NCBI GenBank assembly: GCA_045566095.1
Contig: JBJLEB010000005.1
Coordinates: 5,458 to 69,457, forward strand
Length of the DNA: 64,000 bases
Direction: 5' to 3'
Source: Candidatus Pelagibacter sp.
GTDB taxonomy: Bacteria; Pseudomonadota; Alphaproteobacteria; Pelagibacterales; Pelagibacteraceae
Shown here: positions 21,846 through 31,107 of the stretch, in pieces
How the letters are laid out: each line of letters begins with the position of its first letter
Numbering within the stretch: the first letter of the stretch is position 1
Program-made: the position numbers and the translations under genes
Notes under the pieces: generated by a model
What the model saw: the letters and a program-made list of their open reading frames with translations, nothing else
Told to the model about the DNA's origin: nothing
The model's database searches: none

Positions 21846-22910
21846 CTAAAATATAGCCTTAATAAATAACAATTTTGGCATCTTTGAAATTATAGAAAAG
21901 TCCTCAAAAATATTACTTTTGTTTGATAAAAATTTAATAATGGTATTTGACGAAGTTTTAAACATGTCAAAGAATATCTTTGGCATTTTTTCTGGATTTT
22001 TTTCTAAAACTTTTAAAAATATTTTATCTAATAATTGATATTTTTTTCCTATACTAAATGTTTTTATTTTATTAATCTTGTTAATATTCTTAGCAATATA
22101 TTTGCTGTGCTCTTGAATATTTAAAAAAGTATATCCTGTGCTTAGTCTAGTCATTCCACCTGCAGAGCCAATATTAATAGTTTTATCATTGTTTTTTAAA
22201 GAAGGATAAAATAGTGGTATAGCTCCTTTTTCCATAAAATTTATCTTATAATTTTTTATACCTAAATTATTTTTAATATAATTTTCTAATTGTAAATCAT
22301 AATCCATAAGACGTTGATCTTCTAAATCAGATAACCAAGTAGTTTCAATTAAAGCTCTATTTTTATTGAAGGGCAGAGTATAAAAAAAATGCACATTGTT
22401 TTTTTGATCGCAATTAAAGTCCATTAGATTTATAATCTCTTCATCAAAAATATCTTTTGATGTCTCTATTTCAATGCCCTGGAAGTGCTGCCATAACTTA
22501 GTCTTGTCTGCACTTTCTTTGAAAACACTATTAAAGATTAATGAATTCTCAGAATTAATCTCATTAAGACTTTTAAAAAAACTTACATTAGGATTAGTAG
22601 AAAGTCTTGAATTTATTTTTGTGTAAAATTTTTCACTATCGATACTTTGATAAGGGTAATCTTCATTTTTTAATTCATGAGAATTTTCTGATGTGTTTAT
22701 AGTAAAATTGTTCCAATTTTTAATTACGCAATCTTCAAAATTATGATTAAAAACTTTCCAAAATGACCATGTTTTATCTCTTTTATACTTCTCACGAGTT
22801 TCAATTATAGCAAGAGTATTTTTTTTTAATTCATTGTTAATTTCAAGTTCATAGGCTAAAGATAAACCAGCACACCCACCACCATTAATTACATAATCAA
22901 ATTCTTTCAT
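21846..22910 (-). CDS. crtY: Lycopene beta-cyclase
   Basis: GGGCAGLSLA, DKTWSFW, LMDF, F.Y.LPF, E.G.IP and G..R.STGY motifs. Confidence 0.92.
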   Translation of the reverse strand: MKEFDYVINGGGCAGLSLAYELEINNELKKNTLAIIETREKYKRDKTWSFWKVFNHNFEDCVIKNWNNFTINTSENSHELKNEDYPYQSIDSEKFYTKINSRLSTNPNVSFFKSLNEINSENSLIFNSVFKESADKTKLWQHFQGIEIETSKDIFDEEIINLMDFNCDQKNNVHFFYTLPFNKNRALIETTWLSDLEDQRLMDYDLQLENYIKNNLGIKNYKINFMEKGAIPLFYPSLKNNDKTINIGSAGGMTRLSTGYTFLNIQEHSKYIAKNINKINKIKTFSIGKKYQLLDKIFLKVLEKNPEKMPKIFFDMFKTSSNTIIKFLSNKSNIFEDFSIISKMPKLLFIKAIF

Positions 22911-23745
22911 TAATATTTATCTCCTGTCTTAAAATATTTTGATTCTCATGATTATCGTAATTCAACTCTTTAACAAATAATAATTTAACAAAGTCAAAAA
23001 TAGATAAAAAAGTCTGAATTATTTTTTCAAATAGAGGAACATAAATTTTACCTGCTTTAATATAGTTTTCAGTATTTTTTTGTTTGAGAATATAATCGCC
23101 AATTTTTTTATAAATACGTCTAGCGACAATAACTGAAAATCGAGACTTTAATGGAATACTACTGATGGAATTGAAAGATTTTTGATAAAAAATTTGAGAC
23201 AATCCTATTGTTTCTTTTATTGAATAAAAATTAGGACTTATGTATTTCCTATTACGGTTTTTATCTTCGCAAACATCCCGGGCAATATTTGTAAGTTGCA
23301 TAGCAATTCCTAGATCAATTGCTCCTTTAAGAGCATCTTTATTTTTTACTTTAAGTATCTTAGACATCATTAACCCAACTGTTCCAGCAACTCTATAAGA
23401 ATAAACCATTAAATCTTTTTTTGAATTCACTTCTACTTTTTCCTCTAAGTCTGTTTCAACTCCATCAAATAAATCTATTACGACTTGTTGAGAAATATTT
23501 TCACTATTAATTATTGACCACATTTCTTTAATAATCTGATTATTTTGATTTTTATTTATAAAATCATTTTTAAAGTTTATAAAAATATTTTTTTTAATTT
23601 CTAATTTATAGTTATCATCAACTATATCATCCAAAGTTCTACAAAAATTATATAGAATTGAGCATTTATTAAATGTTTCCCTAGATAAGAAAAAACTTGC
23701 CCAATAAAAAGATTTAGCGTGTTTTTTTAATAAATTACTATTCAT
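22897..23745 (-). CDS. crtB: Phytoene synthase
   Basis: KSFYWAS, Y.FCR..DD.VD, Y.YRVAGTVG and LGIAMQLTNIARDV.ED motifs. Confidence 0.96.
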   Translation of the reverse strand: MNSNLLKKHAKSFYWASFFLSRETFNKCSILYNFCRTLDDIVDDNYKLEIKKNIFINFKNDFINKNQNNQIIKEMWSIINSENISQQVVIDLFDGVETDLEEKVEVNSKKDLMVYSYRVAGTVGLMMSKILKVKNKDALKGAIDLGIAMQLTNIARDVCEDKNRNRKYISPNFYSIKETIGLSQIFYQKSFNSISSIPLKSRFSVIVARRIYKKIGDYILKQKNTENYIKAGKIYVPLFEKIIQTFLSIFDFVKLLFVKELNYDNHENQNILRQEININERI

Positions 23746-25211
23746 TAAAATAATTTATCTAAGACCTTGGCAGATGAAAGGACACCAGGCATTCCTGCGC
23801 CAGGATGTGTTCCAGCACCTACAAAATATAGGTTCTTAAATATTTCAGATTGATTATGAAATCTAAAGTAGGCCGATTGAGAAAATTTAGGTTGGATCGA
23901 AAAACCAGAACCATGAAGAGTTGCTAAATCTACCTCAAAATAGTCAGGCGTTAAATAGAAATCACTTACTACATTTTCTTTTATTCCTGGTAAAATTGTC
24001 TTGTCCATTTTATCTAAAACTAAATTTTTAAATTTTTCTCCTTCATCATGCCAATTTATTTTGGATAAATTATTAGGCACTGGCACAAGAACATAAAAGG
24101 CATCTTGGTTATTTGGTGCCATACTTGGGTCTGTAGCTGACGGTCTATGTAAATAATAGCTTATATCTTCAGAAAGAACTTTCTTTTCAAATATTTTATC
24201 CAAATGTTTTTCATAAGATTTTCCAAAATAAATTGTGTGATGAGCTACATTGTTATATTTTTTTTTGGAACCAAAATAATATACAAATAATCCCATAGAA
24301 TAGTCCATTCTTTTCATCTTTTGTCTAAATAGAAAATTATAATCAATTTTTGATTTAATTAAGTTGTTATAAACATTTGGTGGATCCGAATTACAAATTA
24401 TATAGTCACAGCTTATTATTTTTGATTTGTTTATCTTTATACCTTTAACTTTTTTATTTTCGGTTAATATTTCTGTTACTTCTGCTTCTTTGATAACTTT
24501 TATATTTTCTTCGATCATCAATTTCTCTAAAGCCTTAACAACTTTTCCAGTTCCTCCCATTGAGTAGTGAATACCCCATTTTTTTTCTAAGAATAAAATC
24601 AAAGTATAAATAGAGGTAGTACTAAAAGGATTTCCTCCAACCAGCAAGGGATGCATACTAAAAACTCTTCTTAATTTTTCATTAGATACATAGTTTGAAA
24701 CTAAACTATAAACAGATTTATAGCTTTTTAATTTTAATAAAGATGGAATTTGCTTCATCATAAAAGCTAAATTATTAAAAGGTTTATCTGATAAATCTGA
24801 AAACCCTTTATCAAAAATTTTTTCAGTAAAACTAACAAGTTTTTTGTATCCATCGACATCTTTTTGGCTAAACTTTTTTATTTGTTCTTCCATAGACTTA
24901 TCATTTCCATTGTAGTCAAATGTTTCCCCATCATTAAATACAAAGCGGTACCATAAATCTAGCGGTACAATTTTTACATAATCAGACACTTTTTTATTGA
25001 ATAAAGAAAATAATTCTTCAAAGAGATAAGGTGCAGTGATAACAGTAGGGCCGCCATCATAAGTAAACTCATCTTTTTTAAAAACTCTGGCGCGACCTCC
25101 AAGGTCAGGGTGTTTTTCTATTAAAGTAACCTCATAACCTTTTGCTTTCAATCTTAAAGAAGCTGCTAAGCCTCCAAAACCTGAACCTATAACTATTATT
25201 TTTTTTGCCAT
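23745..25211 (-). CDS. crtI: Phytoene desaturase
   Basis: IGSGFGGLA, D.GPTVIT, LLVGGNPF and GAGTHPGAG.PGV motifs. Confidence 0.97.
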   Translation of the reverse strand: MAKKIIVIGSGFGGLAASLRLKAKGYEVTLIEKHPDLGGRARVFKKDEFTYDGGPTVITAPYLFEELFSLFNKKVSDYVKIVPLDLWYRFVFNDGETFDYNGNDKSMEEQIKKFSQKDVDGYKKLVSFTEKIFDKGFSDLSDKPFNNLAFMMKQIPSLLKLKSYKSVYSLVSNYVSNEKLRRVFSMHPLLVGGNPFSTTSIYTLILFLEKKWGIHYSMGGTGKVVKALEKLMIEENIKVIKEAEVTEILTENKKVKGIKINKSKIISCDYIICNSDPPNVYNNLIKSKIDYNFLFRQKMKRMDYSMGLFVYYFGSKKKYNNVAHHTIYFGKSYEKHLDKIFEKKVLSEDISYYLHRPSATDPSMAPNNQDAFYVLVPVPNNLSKINWHDEGEKFKNLVLDKMDKTILPGIKENVVSDFYLTPDYFEVDLATLHGSGFSIQPKFSQSAYFRFHNQSEIFKNLYFVGAGTHPGAGMPGVLSSAKVLDKLF

Positions 25212-25228
25212 TATTATTATGGCCTATT

Positions 25229-25726
25229 CTAACTGGATTTTTTCTTAAGTGCTAATTTTGTTTCTTCAATACTAGATAAATAGATTTTATCTAATTTACT
25301 TCTATCCATGGAATTTTTAAGAAGTTTTTCTACAGACTCAATGGCTATTTTTACTGATGTATTTTTAATATCTTTAAGCGCCTGATTTTTCATCTGTTTA
25401 ATTCTTTCTTCTGCATTTTTTTTCCTATTTTCCATTAAATTGTGAAATTCTTTATTTGTTTCAATAATATTTTTTTCTGAGTTCTCATTTGCTTTATTAA
25501 TCATAGTCTCTACTTCAGTTTTTGAATTGCTAATTTTTATTTCGTGTTCACTTAAAATATTTTTAGCTTCTTCTTTAAGCTTTTCAGCTTCATCTATTTG
25601 GCTTTTGATATTTAAAATACTATCTTCTAATATCTTTTTTATTTTTTGTGGTATTTTAAAATAAATTAAAATCCCCAAAAAAATAAAAAAAGATATAGCT
25701 ACCCAAAATGTAGAATCTATTGTCAT
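25229..25726 (-). CDS. atpF: ATP synthase F0 subunit b
   Basis: D.TFWVAISF N-terminal TM helix then coiled coil; last gene of the F0 cluster. Confidence 0.92.
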   Translation of the reverse strand: MTIDSTFWVAISFFIFLGILIYFKIPQKIKKILEDSILNIKSQIDEAEKLKEEAKNILSEHEIKISNSKTEVETMINKANENSEKNIIETNKEFHNLMENRKKNAEERIKQMKNQALKDIKNTSVKIAIESVEKLLKNSMDRSKLDKIYLSSIEETKLALKKKSS

Positions 25727-26298
25727 AGGTATTTACCAATATTTTTTTTAGCTAAATCTTCTACTGTTGCTTTAATACTACTTTCATTAAGCTTATCTCC
25801 AGATATCTTTTCAATAATATTTGAAGTAATTTCTTTAGAAATATCATGGATAGAATTAATTGAATTTTTTTTAAGGTTTAAAATATCGTTTTGAGCTTTT
25901 GAAATTTCAATTTCTATATCTTTTTCCATAGACTCTTTTTTTTTTTGAATATCTTTATCTAATTTACTTTTAGATTCTAAAAGAATTTTTATAACTTGTT
26001 TTTTAGAGTTTTCTATAATTTCTTCGTATTCTTTTAGTCTTTTTTCTGATAAAATTTTAAGATTATTGGCTTCCTCTAAGTCTTCTTTAATTTTATTATC
26101 TCTATCATCTAAGTTTTTTTTTATTTTTGGTAAATAAAATTTAGCAATTAATATATATAAAACTGAAAATATTAATATCAACCAAAAAGCTTGAGAGGCC
26201 CAATACTTTGGATCCAGCTGAGGCATACCAGCCTCAGCTGCAAATAAATCTATTCCAAAGGTCGATGGTACAAGTATTAAACTTAGATAACGCTTCAT
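25723..26298 (-). CDS. ATP synthase F0 subunit b'
   Basis: GMPQLD....SQ.FWL motif typical of alphaproteobacterial b'; between atpE and atpF. Confidence 0.92.
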   Translation of the reverse strand: MKRYLSLILVPSTFGIDLFAAEAGMPQLDPKYWASQAFWLILIFSVLYILIAKFYLPKIKKNLDDRDNKIKEDLEEANNLKILSEKRLKEYEEIIENSKKQVIKILLESKSKLDKDIQKKKESMEKDIEIEISKAQNDILNLKKNSINSIHDISKEITSNIIEKISGDKLNESSIKATVEDLAKKNIGKYL

Positions 26299-26308
26299 AT
26301 TTATTTAA

Positions 26309-26536
26309 TTAAAATGCAAATAAAATAATTAACGCTACTACAAGTCCAAACAATCCTGTTGCTTCAGCTAAAGCAAATCCTAAAAGTAAATTAGGGAATT
26401 GTTTTTGTGCTGCAGACGGATTTCTCATAGCTCCAGATAGGTAGTTACCGAAAATGATTCCGATCCCAACACCAGCTCCTGCTAATGCGATTGCAGCAAG
26501 TCCTGCTCCAATCATTTTTGCCGCTTCTAACTCCAT
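26309..26536 (-). CDS. atpE: ATP synthase F0 subunit c
   Basis: GAGVGIG, RNP loop and FALAEA with the proton-binding Glu. Confidence 0.99.
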   Translation of the reverse strand: MELEAAKMIGAGLAAIALAGAGVGIGIIFGNYLSGAMRNPSAAQKQFPNLLLGFALAEATGLFGLVVALIILFAF

Positions 26537-26540
26537 TTTT

Positions 26541-26547
26541 CCTCCTT
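26541..26547 (-). promoter_or_regulatory. Strong Shine-Dalgarno sequence of atpE
   Basis: AAGGAGG on the minus strand, 4 nt upstream of the ATG at 26536. Confidence 0.85.
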
Positions 26548-26553
26548 TGTTAA

Positions 26554-27288
26554 TTAATGATGTAAGTTCAATGCATCATTTAAATAGATGCAGGTTAATA
26601 TTGCAAAAACATAAGCTTGTAGAAATGCTACTAAGATTTCTAAACCTGTTAATGCTACTGAAAAACTAAGTGGTAACCACCCACCTAATATTCCTAAACT
26701 AATTACAAAACCGCCAAATACTTTTAACATTGTATGGCCTGCCATCATATTGGCAAATAATCTTACAGATAAGCTCACTGGCCTACTTAAGTAAGATATA
26801 ATCTCAATTATTGTGATTAAAGGCAAGAGGACTTTAGGCACTCCACTTGGAACGAATATAGTTAAATATTTAAGCCCATGTTTTAAAAATCCTATCACAG
26901 TTACTGCTAGGAAAATAAATAAAGCCATAATTAAAGTAACGATTATATGACTTGTAACCGTAAATGAGTAAGGAAGCATACCAATCATATTACATAAAAG
27001 TACAAATATAAACAGACTAAATATAAACGGAAAGTAGGGTTTGGCTTTAGATCCTGCTGTATCACTTATCATCTTGGCTACAAAACTGTAAAGCATTTCA
27101 GAAATTAATTGAATTTTATCAGGGATTATTTTTTTTTCTTTAGTCCCTAAAAATAAAAAAAGTATAATTAAAGTTGCACTAATAACCATGAATAAACTTG
27201 CATTAGTAAATGATAAATCTATGCCAGCTATTTTAATTTCAGGTCCAATTTTATAAACACTGAATTGTTGCATTGGGTTACTTGCCAT
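26554..27288 (-). CDS. atpB: ATP synthase F0 subunit a
   Basis: RPVSLSVRLFANM.AGH and LE..VA.LQAYVF motifs. Confidence 0.98.
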   Translation of the reverse strand: MASNPMQQFSVYKIGPEIKIAGIDLSFTNASLFMVISATLIILFLFLGTKEKKIIPDKIQLISEMLYSFVAKMISDTAGSKAKPYFPFIFSLFIFVLLCNMIGMLPYSFTVTSHIIVTLIMALFIFLAVTVIGFLKHGLKYLTIFVPSGVPKVLLPLITIIEIISYLSRPVSLSVRLFANMMAGHTMLKVFGGFVISLGILGGWLPLSFSVALTGLEILVAFLQAYVFAILTCIYLNDALNLHH

Positions 27289-27301
27289 AAAAATTCTTTA
27301 A

Positions 27302-27586
27302 TTAGTCCTTTTTTTGCATTTGGTTAGCTACCTTGATAACGTTCATTATTCCTGCTGCCGCCCCTAAAAAAAAGAAAGTTATCATTAACCAAGGACTACT
27401 ACCAAACCAACTATCTAAAATAAACCCTATTATTGTCCCAACAACAACAGCTGCTACCAATTCAGTGCCTAATTTGAACGCACTTCCCATAAAAGACCCC
27501 TTTCTTTCACTTTCAGAAAGAACTGAATTTTTTATTTTAGATTTTGCAATCTTTAGGCGAGTTTTAAAGTCTTCAGGTGTGGTCAT
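27302..27586 (-). CDS. atpI: AtpZ/AtpI family protein
   Basis: ELVAAV.VG..IG..LD.WF...PW and LG..AG..NV motifs; first gene of the F0 cluster. Confidence 0.88.
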   Translation of the reverse strand: MTTPEDFKTRLKIAKSKIKNSVLSESERKGSFMGSAFKLGTELVAAVVVGTIIGFILDSWFGSSPWLMITFFFLGAAAGIMNVIKVANQMQKKD

Positions 27587-27595
27587 TATTCAAAA

Positions 27596-30040
27596 TTAAG
27601 CAACTAGTTCCTCAGCTTTTTGCAAGTCTACTGCCACCAATTGACTAACCCCTTGTTCTGCCATTGTAACCCCATACAGTCTATGCATTCTTGACATTGT
27701 TAAAGCGTGATGAGTTATAATTATAAACTTTGTTTTTGTAATTTTTGTTAGTTCGTCTAGAAGTTTACAAAATCTAGTTACGTTAGCATCATCTAAAGGA
27801 GCATCAACTTCATCTAAAATACTTATTGGAGAAGGGTTAACTAAAAAAACTGCAAATATTAGAGATAGCGCTGTTAAAGCTTGTTCACCACCAGACAACA
27901 AAGTGATTGATTGCAATCTTTTTCCAGGAGGAGAAACAAACATCTCTAGGCCAGCTTCTAATGGATCGTCAGAGTCTACCAATTCCATTTTTGCTGAGCC
28001 CCCATTGAATAATTTAGTATAAACTTCATTAAATTTCCTATTAACTTTTGTAAAAGCTTCTAAAAGCCTTTCTCTTCCTTTTTGATTAAGTTCATCTATG
28101 CTCGCCTTTAATTTTACTATTGCAGAATAAAGATCTGCTCTATCATCTTCCATTTTTTTAATATCTGACTCATATTTTTTTGTCTCCTCGTCAGCTTTGA
28201 GATTTACAGAACCTAGAGACTCTCTTTGTTTTTTTATTTTTTCTACCTTTGTTTTTTGATCTTCAATGTTAGGAAAATTTTCTATAGATAAATCGCATAA
28301 ATCTGATTTTGCTAATAAAGATATCTCATTTTCAATATCTAATTCATTTTTTACAGAATATAATAAATCTTTTTTTCTGTTATCTATACCTTCAATGGTA
28401 GCTTCATTTCTAGCTTTATTTTCTTTAAGTTCTGATAGTTTTAATTGTATTTCTTTTAAATTTTTATTAATCAAATTATATTTATTTTCTGCTTCAGTAA
28501 GCTCTATTTCAATTTCTTCGTTTCTTTTTTTTGTGTTTTCTAAATTTTGTAAATTTTGACCCTTTGATGTTGCTATACGTTCAGGATCTTTTTTACTTTC
28601 ATCTAATTCTACTTTGACTTTATCTTTTCTTTCATTTAATTCAGCCATCATTTTTTCTGAATTTGATTTTAAACTTCTCCAATTTTCAAGCTCAATATCA
28701 ATATTTTTAATTCTTTCTGTTCTTTTTATAGAGTCACTCTGTATAGATTGATTTTTTCCATATTTTTCTGCATACTCCTCTTGAGATAGTGTAATCTTAT
28801 TTACTAGCTTTTTTAAATCTTGAAAAATTTCTTTTGTTAACTTTTTTTCTTGATCAATGTAACTTTCTATTTTATTTAATAATGTTTCAAGTTCAGCTTG
28901 TAAGCTACCTAGGTTTAGCTTTGAGGAATTAAGTTCCTTTGATGAAATTGACATAACTTCAATAAGCTCATTCTCAGTTTTTAATAGCTCTTCTTTTTCT
29001 TTTGAAATTCTTTTATCGTTCAATTCAGCATCGAGAGAGATGCTTCGTTCTCGTTCTAAATCTGCCTCTGTTGTTTTAATAGATTTTTCAAGCTTTATCT
29101 GCAGGGATTTTACTCTCGTTTCCTCTTCATCAAGGTTTGTTATATCTAAATTTAATTTTTGGAGTTTTGCGGCACTTTCCATTTTTTTATCTCTTAATGG
29201 GGATAGTTTTTTATTTTCTTCATCTAAAAGGGTATTATTATTGTTAAAATCAATGTTAATTGCACTTATCTCATCATCTAATTCACTTAATTTTTCTAGA
29301 ATTTGTTTTTTATCTTTTTCTATTTCTTGAATCTTCAAATAATACAAACCTGACTCAACTTTTTTAATTTCATTTGATATTTCTTTGTATTTTGTAGCTT
29401 CTTCAGCTTGTTTTTTAAGATTATCAAGTTGTTTTTGTTGTTGTTTCTTGAGTTCATCTGCTCTTTTTAAATTATTTTCAGCTGCGTTAAGTCTTGTTTC
29501 AGCCTCTTGTCTTCTAGCATGAATACCAGATATTCCAGCAGCTTCTTCTAGAATTGCCCGCCTTTCAATTGGTTTTGAGGTAACAAGTTGGCCTATTCTT
29601 CCTTGACTAATTAAAGATGGAGAATGAGCTCCGGTAGATAAATCTGCAAAAAAAGTATGTATATCTCGAGCTCTAACTTCTTTATCATTGATATAGTATT
29701 TAGATCCTTTGTCTTTTTCTATTTTTCTTTTTATCTTTATCTCATCAAATTCGTTGTATTGTGTAGAGCCTTCTTTAGTGCTGTTATCTAAAATTAAAGA
29801 TACTTCTGATATATTTTTTGAAGGTTTGTTAGAAGTTCCAGAAAAAATTACATCTTCCATACCAGAACCCCTCATACTTTTGGCTGAACTTTCGCCCATG
29901 CACCATCTTAGTGATTCAACAATATTTGATTTACCACATCCGTTAGGACCAACTACTCCTGTTAAACCATTTTCGATTAAAAAAGTAGTCTTGTCATAAA
30001 ATGATTTAAAACCATTAATTTCTAATTTTTTAAACCTCAT
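27596..30040 (-). CDS. smc: Chromosome segregation protein SMC, short form (814 aa, no hinge recognised)
   Basis: GFKSF, Walker A GPNGCGKSN, Q-loop ISQG, EEAAGI, G.VNL, PPGK, LSGGE and Walker B/D-loop LDEVDAPLD; the middle reads as coiled coil only. Confidence 0.93.
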   Translation of the reverse strand: MRFKKLEINGFKSFYDKTTFLIENGLTGVVGPNGCGKSNIVESLRWCMGESSAKSMRGSGMEDVIFSGTSNKPSKNISEVSLILDNSTKEGSTQYNEFDEIKIKRKIEKDKGSKYYINDKEVRARDIHTFFADLSTGAHSPSLISQGRIGQLVTSKPIERRAILEEAAGISGIHARRQEAETRLNAAENNLKRADELKKQQQKQLDNLKKQAEEATKYKEISNEIKKVESGLYYLKIQEIEKDKKQILEKLSELDDEISAINIDFNNNNTLLDEENKKLSPLRDKKMESAAKLQKLNLDITNLDEEETRVKSLQIKLEKSIKTTEADLERERSISLDAELNDKRISKEKEELLKTENELIEVMSISSKELNSSKLNLGSLQAELETLLNKIESYIDQEKKLTKEIFQDLKKLVNKITLSQEEYAEKYGKNQSIQSDSIKRTERIKNIDIELENWRSLKSNSEKMMAELNERKDKVKVELDESKKDPERIATSKGQNLQNLENTKKRNEEIEIELTEAENKYNLINKNLKEIQLKLSELKENKARNEATIEGIDNRKKDLLYSVKNELDIENEISLLAKSDLCDLSIENFPNIEDQKTKVEKIKKQRESLGSVNLKADEETKKYESDIKKMEDDRADLYSAIVKLKASIDELNQKGRERLLEAFTKVNRKFNEVYTKLFNGGSAKMELVDSDDPLEAGLEMFVSPPGKRLQSITLLSGGEQALTALSLIFAVFLVNPSPISILDEVDAPLDDANVTRFCKLLDELTKITKTKFIIITHHALTMSRMHRLYGVTMAEQGVSQLVAVDLQKAEELVA

Positions 30041-30638
30041 ATTTTTTTATAAGTTTTTCTATTTCTTTCTTAAATAGTTTATATTCATGATTATTTTCAT
30101 ATTTATTTTCATTTATATAGATAGTAGGGGTCGATTGAATTTTGTACTTTTTTTGAGCTTCAATTCTTTCATTCAATATTTGATCTTGAGCCTCTTCACT
30201 TTCAAGGCACTTATCCATTTTAGTATTATTAAGACCAGAGTCTAACCCAATTTTTTTAATTAATTTATTAATTGTTTTTATATCAGAACCAACAGCCCAT
30301 TTATTTTGTTTTTTATAGATTTCATTTAACAACTGAAATTTTTTATTATTATCTGCGTGACATCTAATAATTATTTCTGCATTAAGCGCAGCTAAATCTA
30401 ATGGAAAACTGTGATGTTCAAATCGAACAATATTTTGGTCAATATAGTCTTTTTTCAATTCATCAAAGACATTTTTATGAAAATTAGCACAGTGCGGACA
30501 TGTAAGAGAAGAAAATACTTTTACAGTAATTTTGGCGTCTAAACTTCCAATACTTAAAACTTTATTTTCAGCATTAACCGGAAAGGTAATTAATACTAAA
30601 AATAGTATCTTATAAACAAAACTATTTATTTCTCTCAT
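30030..30638 (-). CDS. DsbA-family thioredoxin-fold protein
   Basis: Signal peptide, SLTCPHCA.FH, FPLD and I.STPT motifs; DUF721-dsbA-smc synteny. Confidence 0.9.
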   Translation of the reverse strand: MREINSFVYKILFLVLITFPVNAENKVLSIGSLDAKITVKVFSSLTCPHCANFHKNVFDELKKDYIDQNIVRFEHHSFPLDLAALNAEIIIRCHADNNKKFQLLNEIYKKQNKWAVGSDIKTINKLIKKIGLDSGLNNTKMDKCLESEEAQDQILNERIEAQKKYKIQSTPTIYINENKYENNHEYKLFKKEIEKLIKKYEV

Positions 30639-31107
30639 TGAAAGCCTTTAAGAAATTATTTAATGAACTTTTTAGCTGATTATCTTCTACTTGACTTATC
30701 CGTTCATTGATCTTTAAAATATTCTTTAATTTAGGAAAGCGATTTTTTTTAAATTGAATTTTTTCTTGGACAATTTTTAAATTTATTTGACTGATACAGT
30801 TGTATCCAAAAAAACTATTTAATTTGTCCATAATTTCATTTTTTTCATATTCTATTTCTAGTTCTTTTCCATGAAGCACATTTAACACTAAAGTGCCATC
30901 TTTCATTTCTTTTCCCATTTTAACTGAGATAGGATAACAAGCATCAGATATTTTTTTACTCACCATTTTAGTCCAATTATCAACAATATTAGAATAATTA
31001 TATCCTCCCTTTTTCAAATATTTTTTTAGATTTTTAGGTATTGAGCTTGAAAAAGGCCTCAACCCTTGTATGAAATTCTGTGATTTATTATTATTTTTAT
31101 TATGCAT
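30622..31107 (-). CDS. DUF721/DciA family protein
   Basis: W..MV...I...C.P, GTL.L.V and LN.FFGY..I..I....Q pattern; divergent from mutY. Confidence 0.82.
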   Translation of the reverse strand: MHNKNNNKSQNFIQGLRPFSSSIPKNLKKYLKKGGYNYSNIVDNWTKMVSKKISDACYPISVKMGKEMKDGTLVLNVLHGKELEIEYEKNEIMDKLNSFFGYNCISQINLKIVQEKIQFKKNRFPKLKNILKINERISQVEDNQLKSSLNNFLKAFNERNK

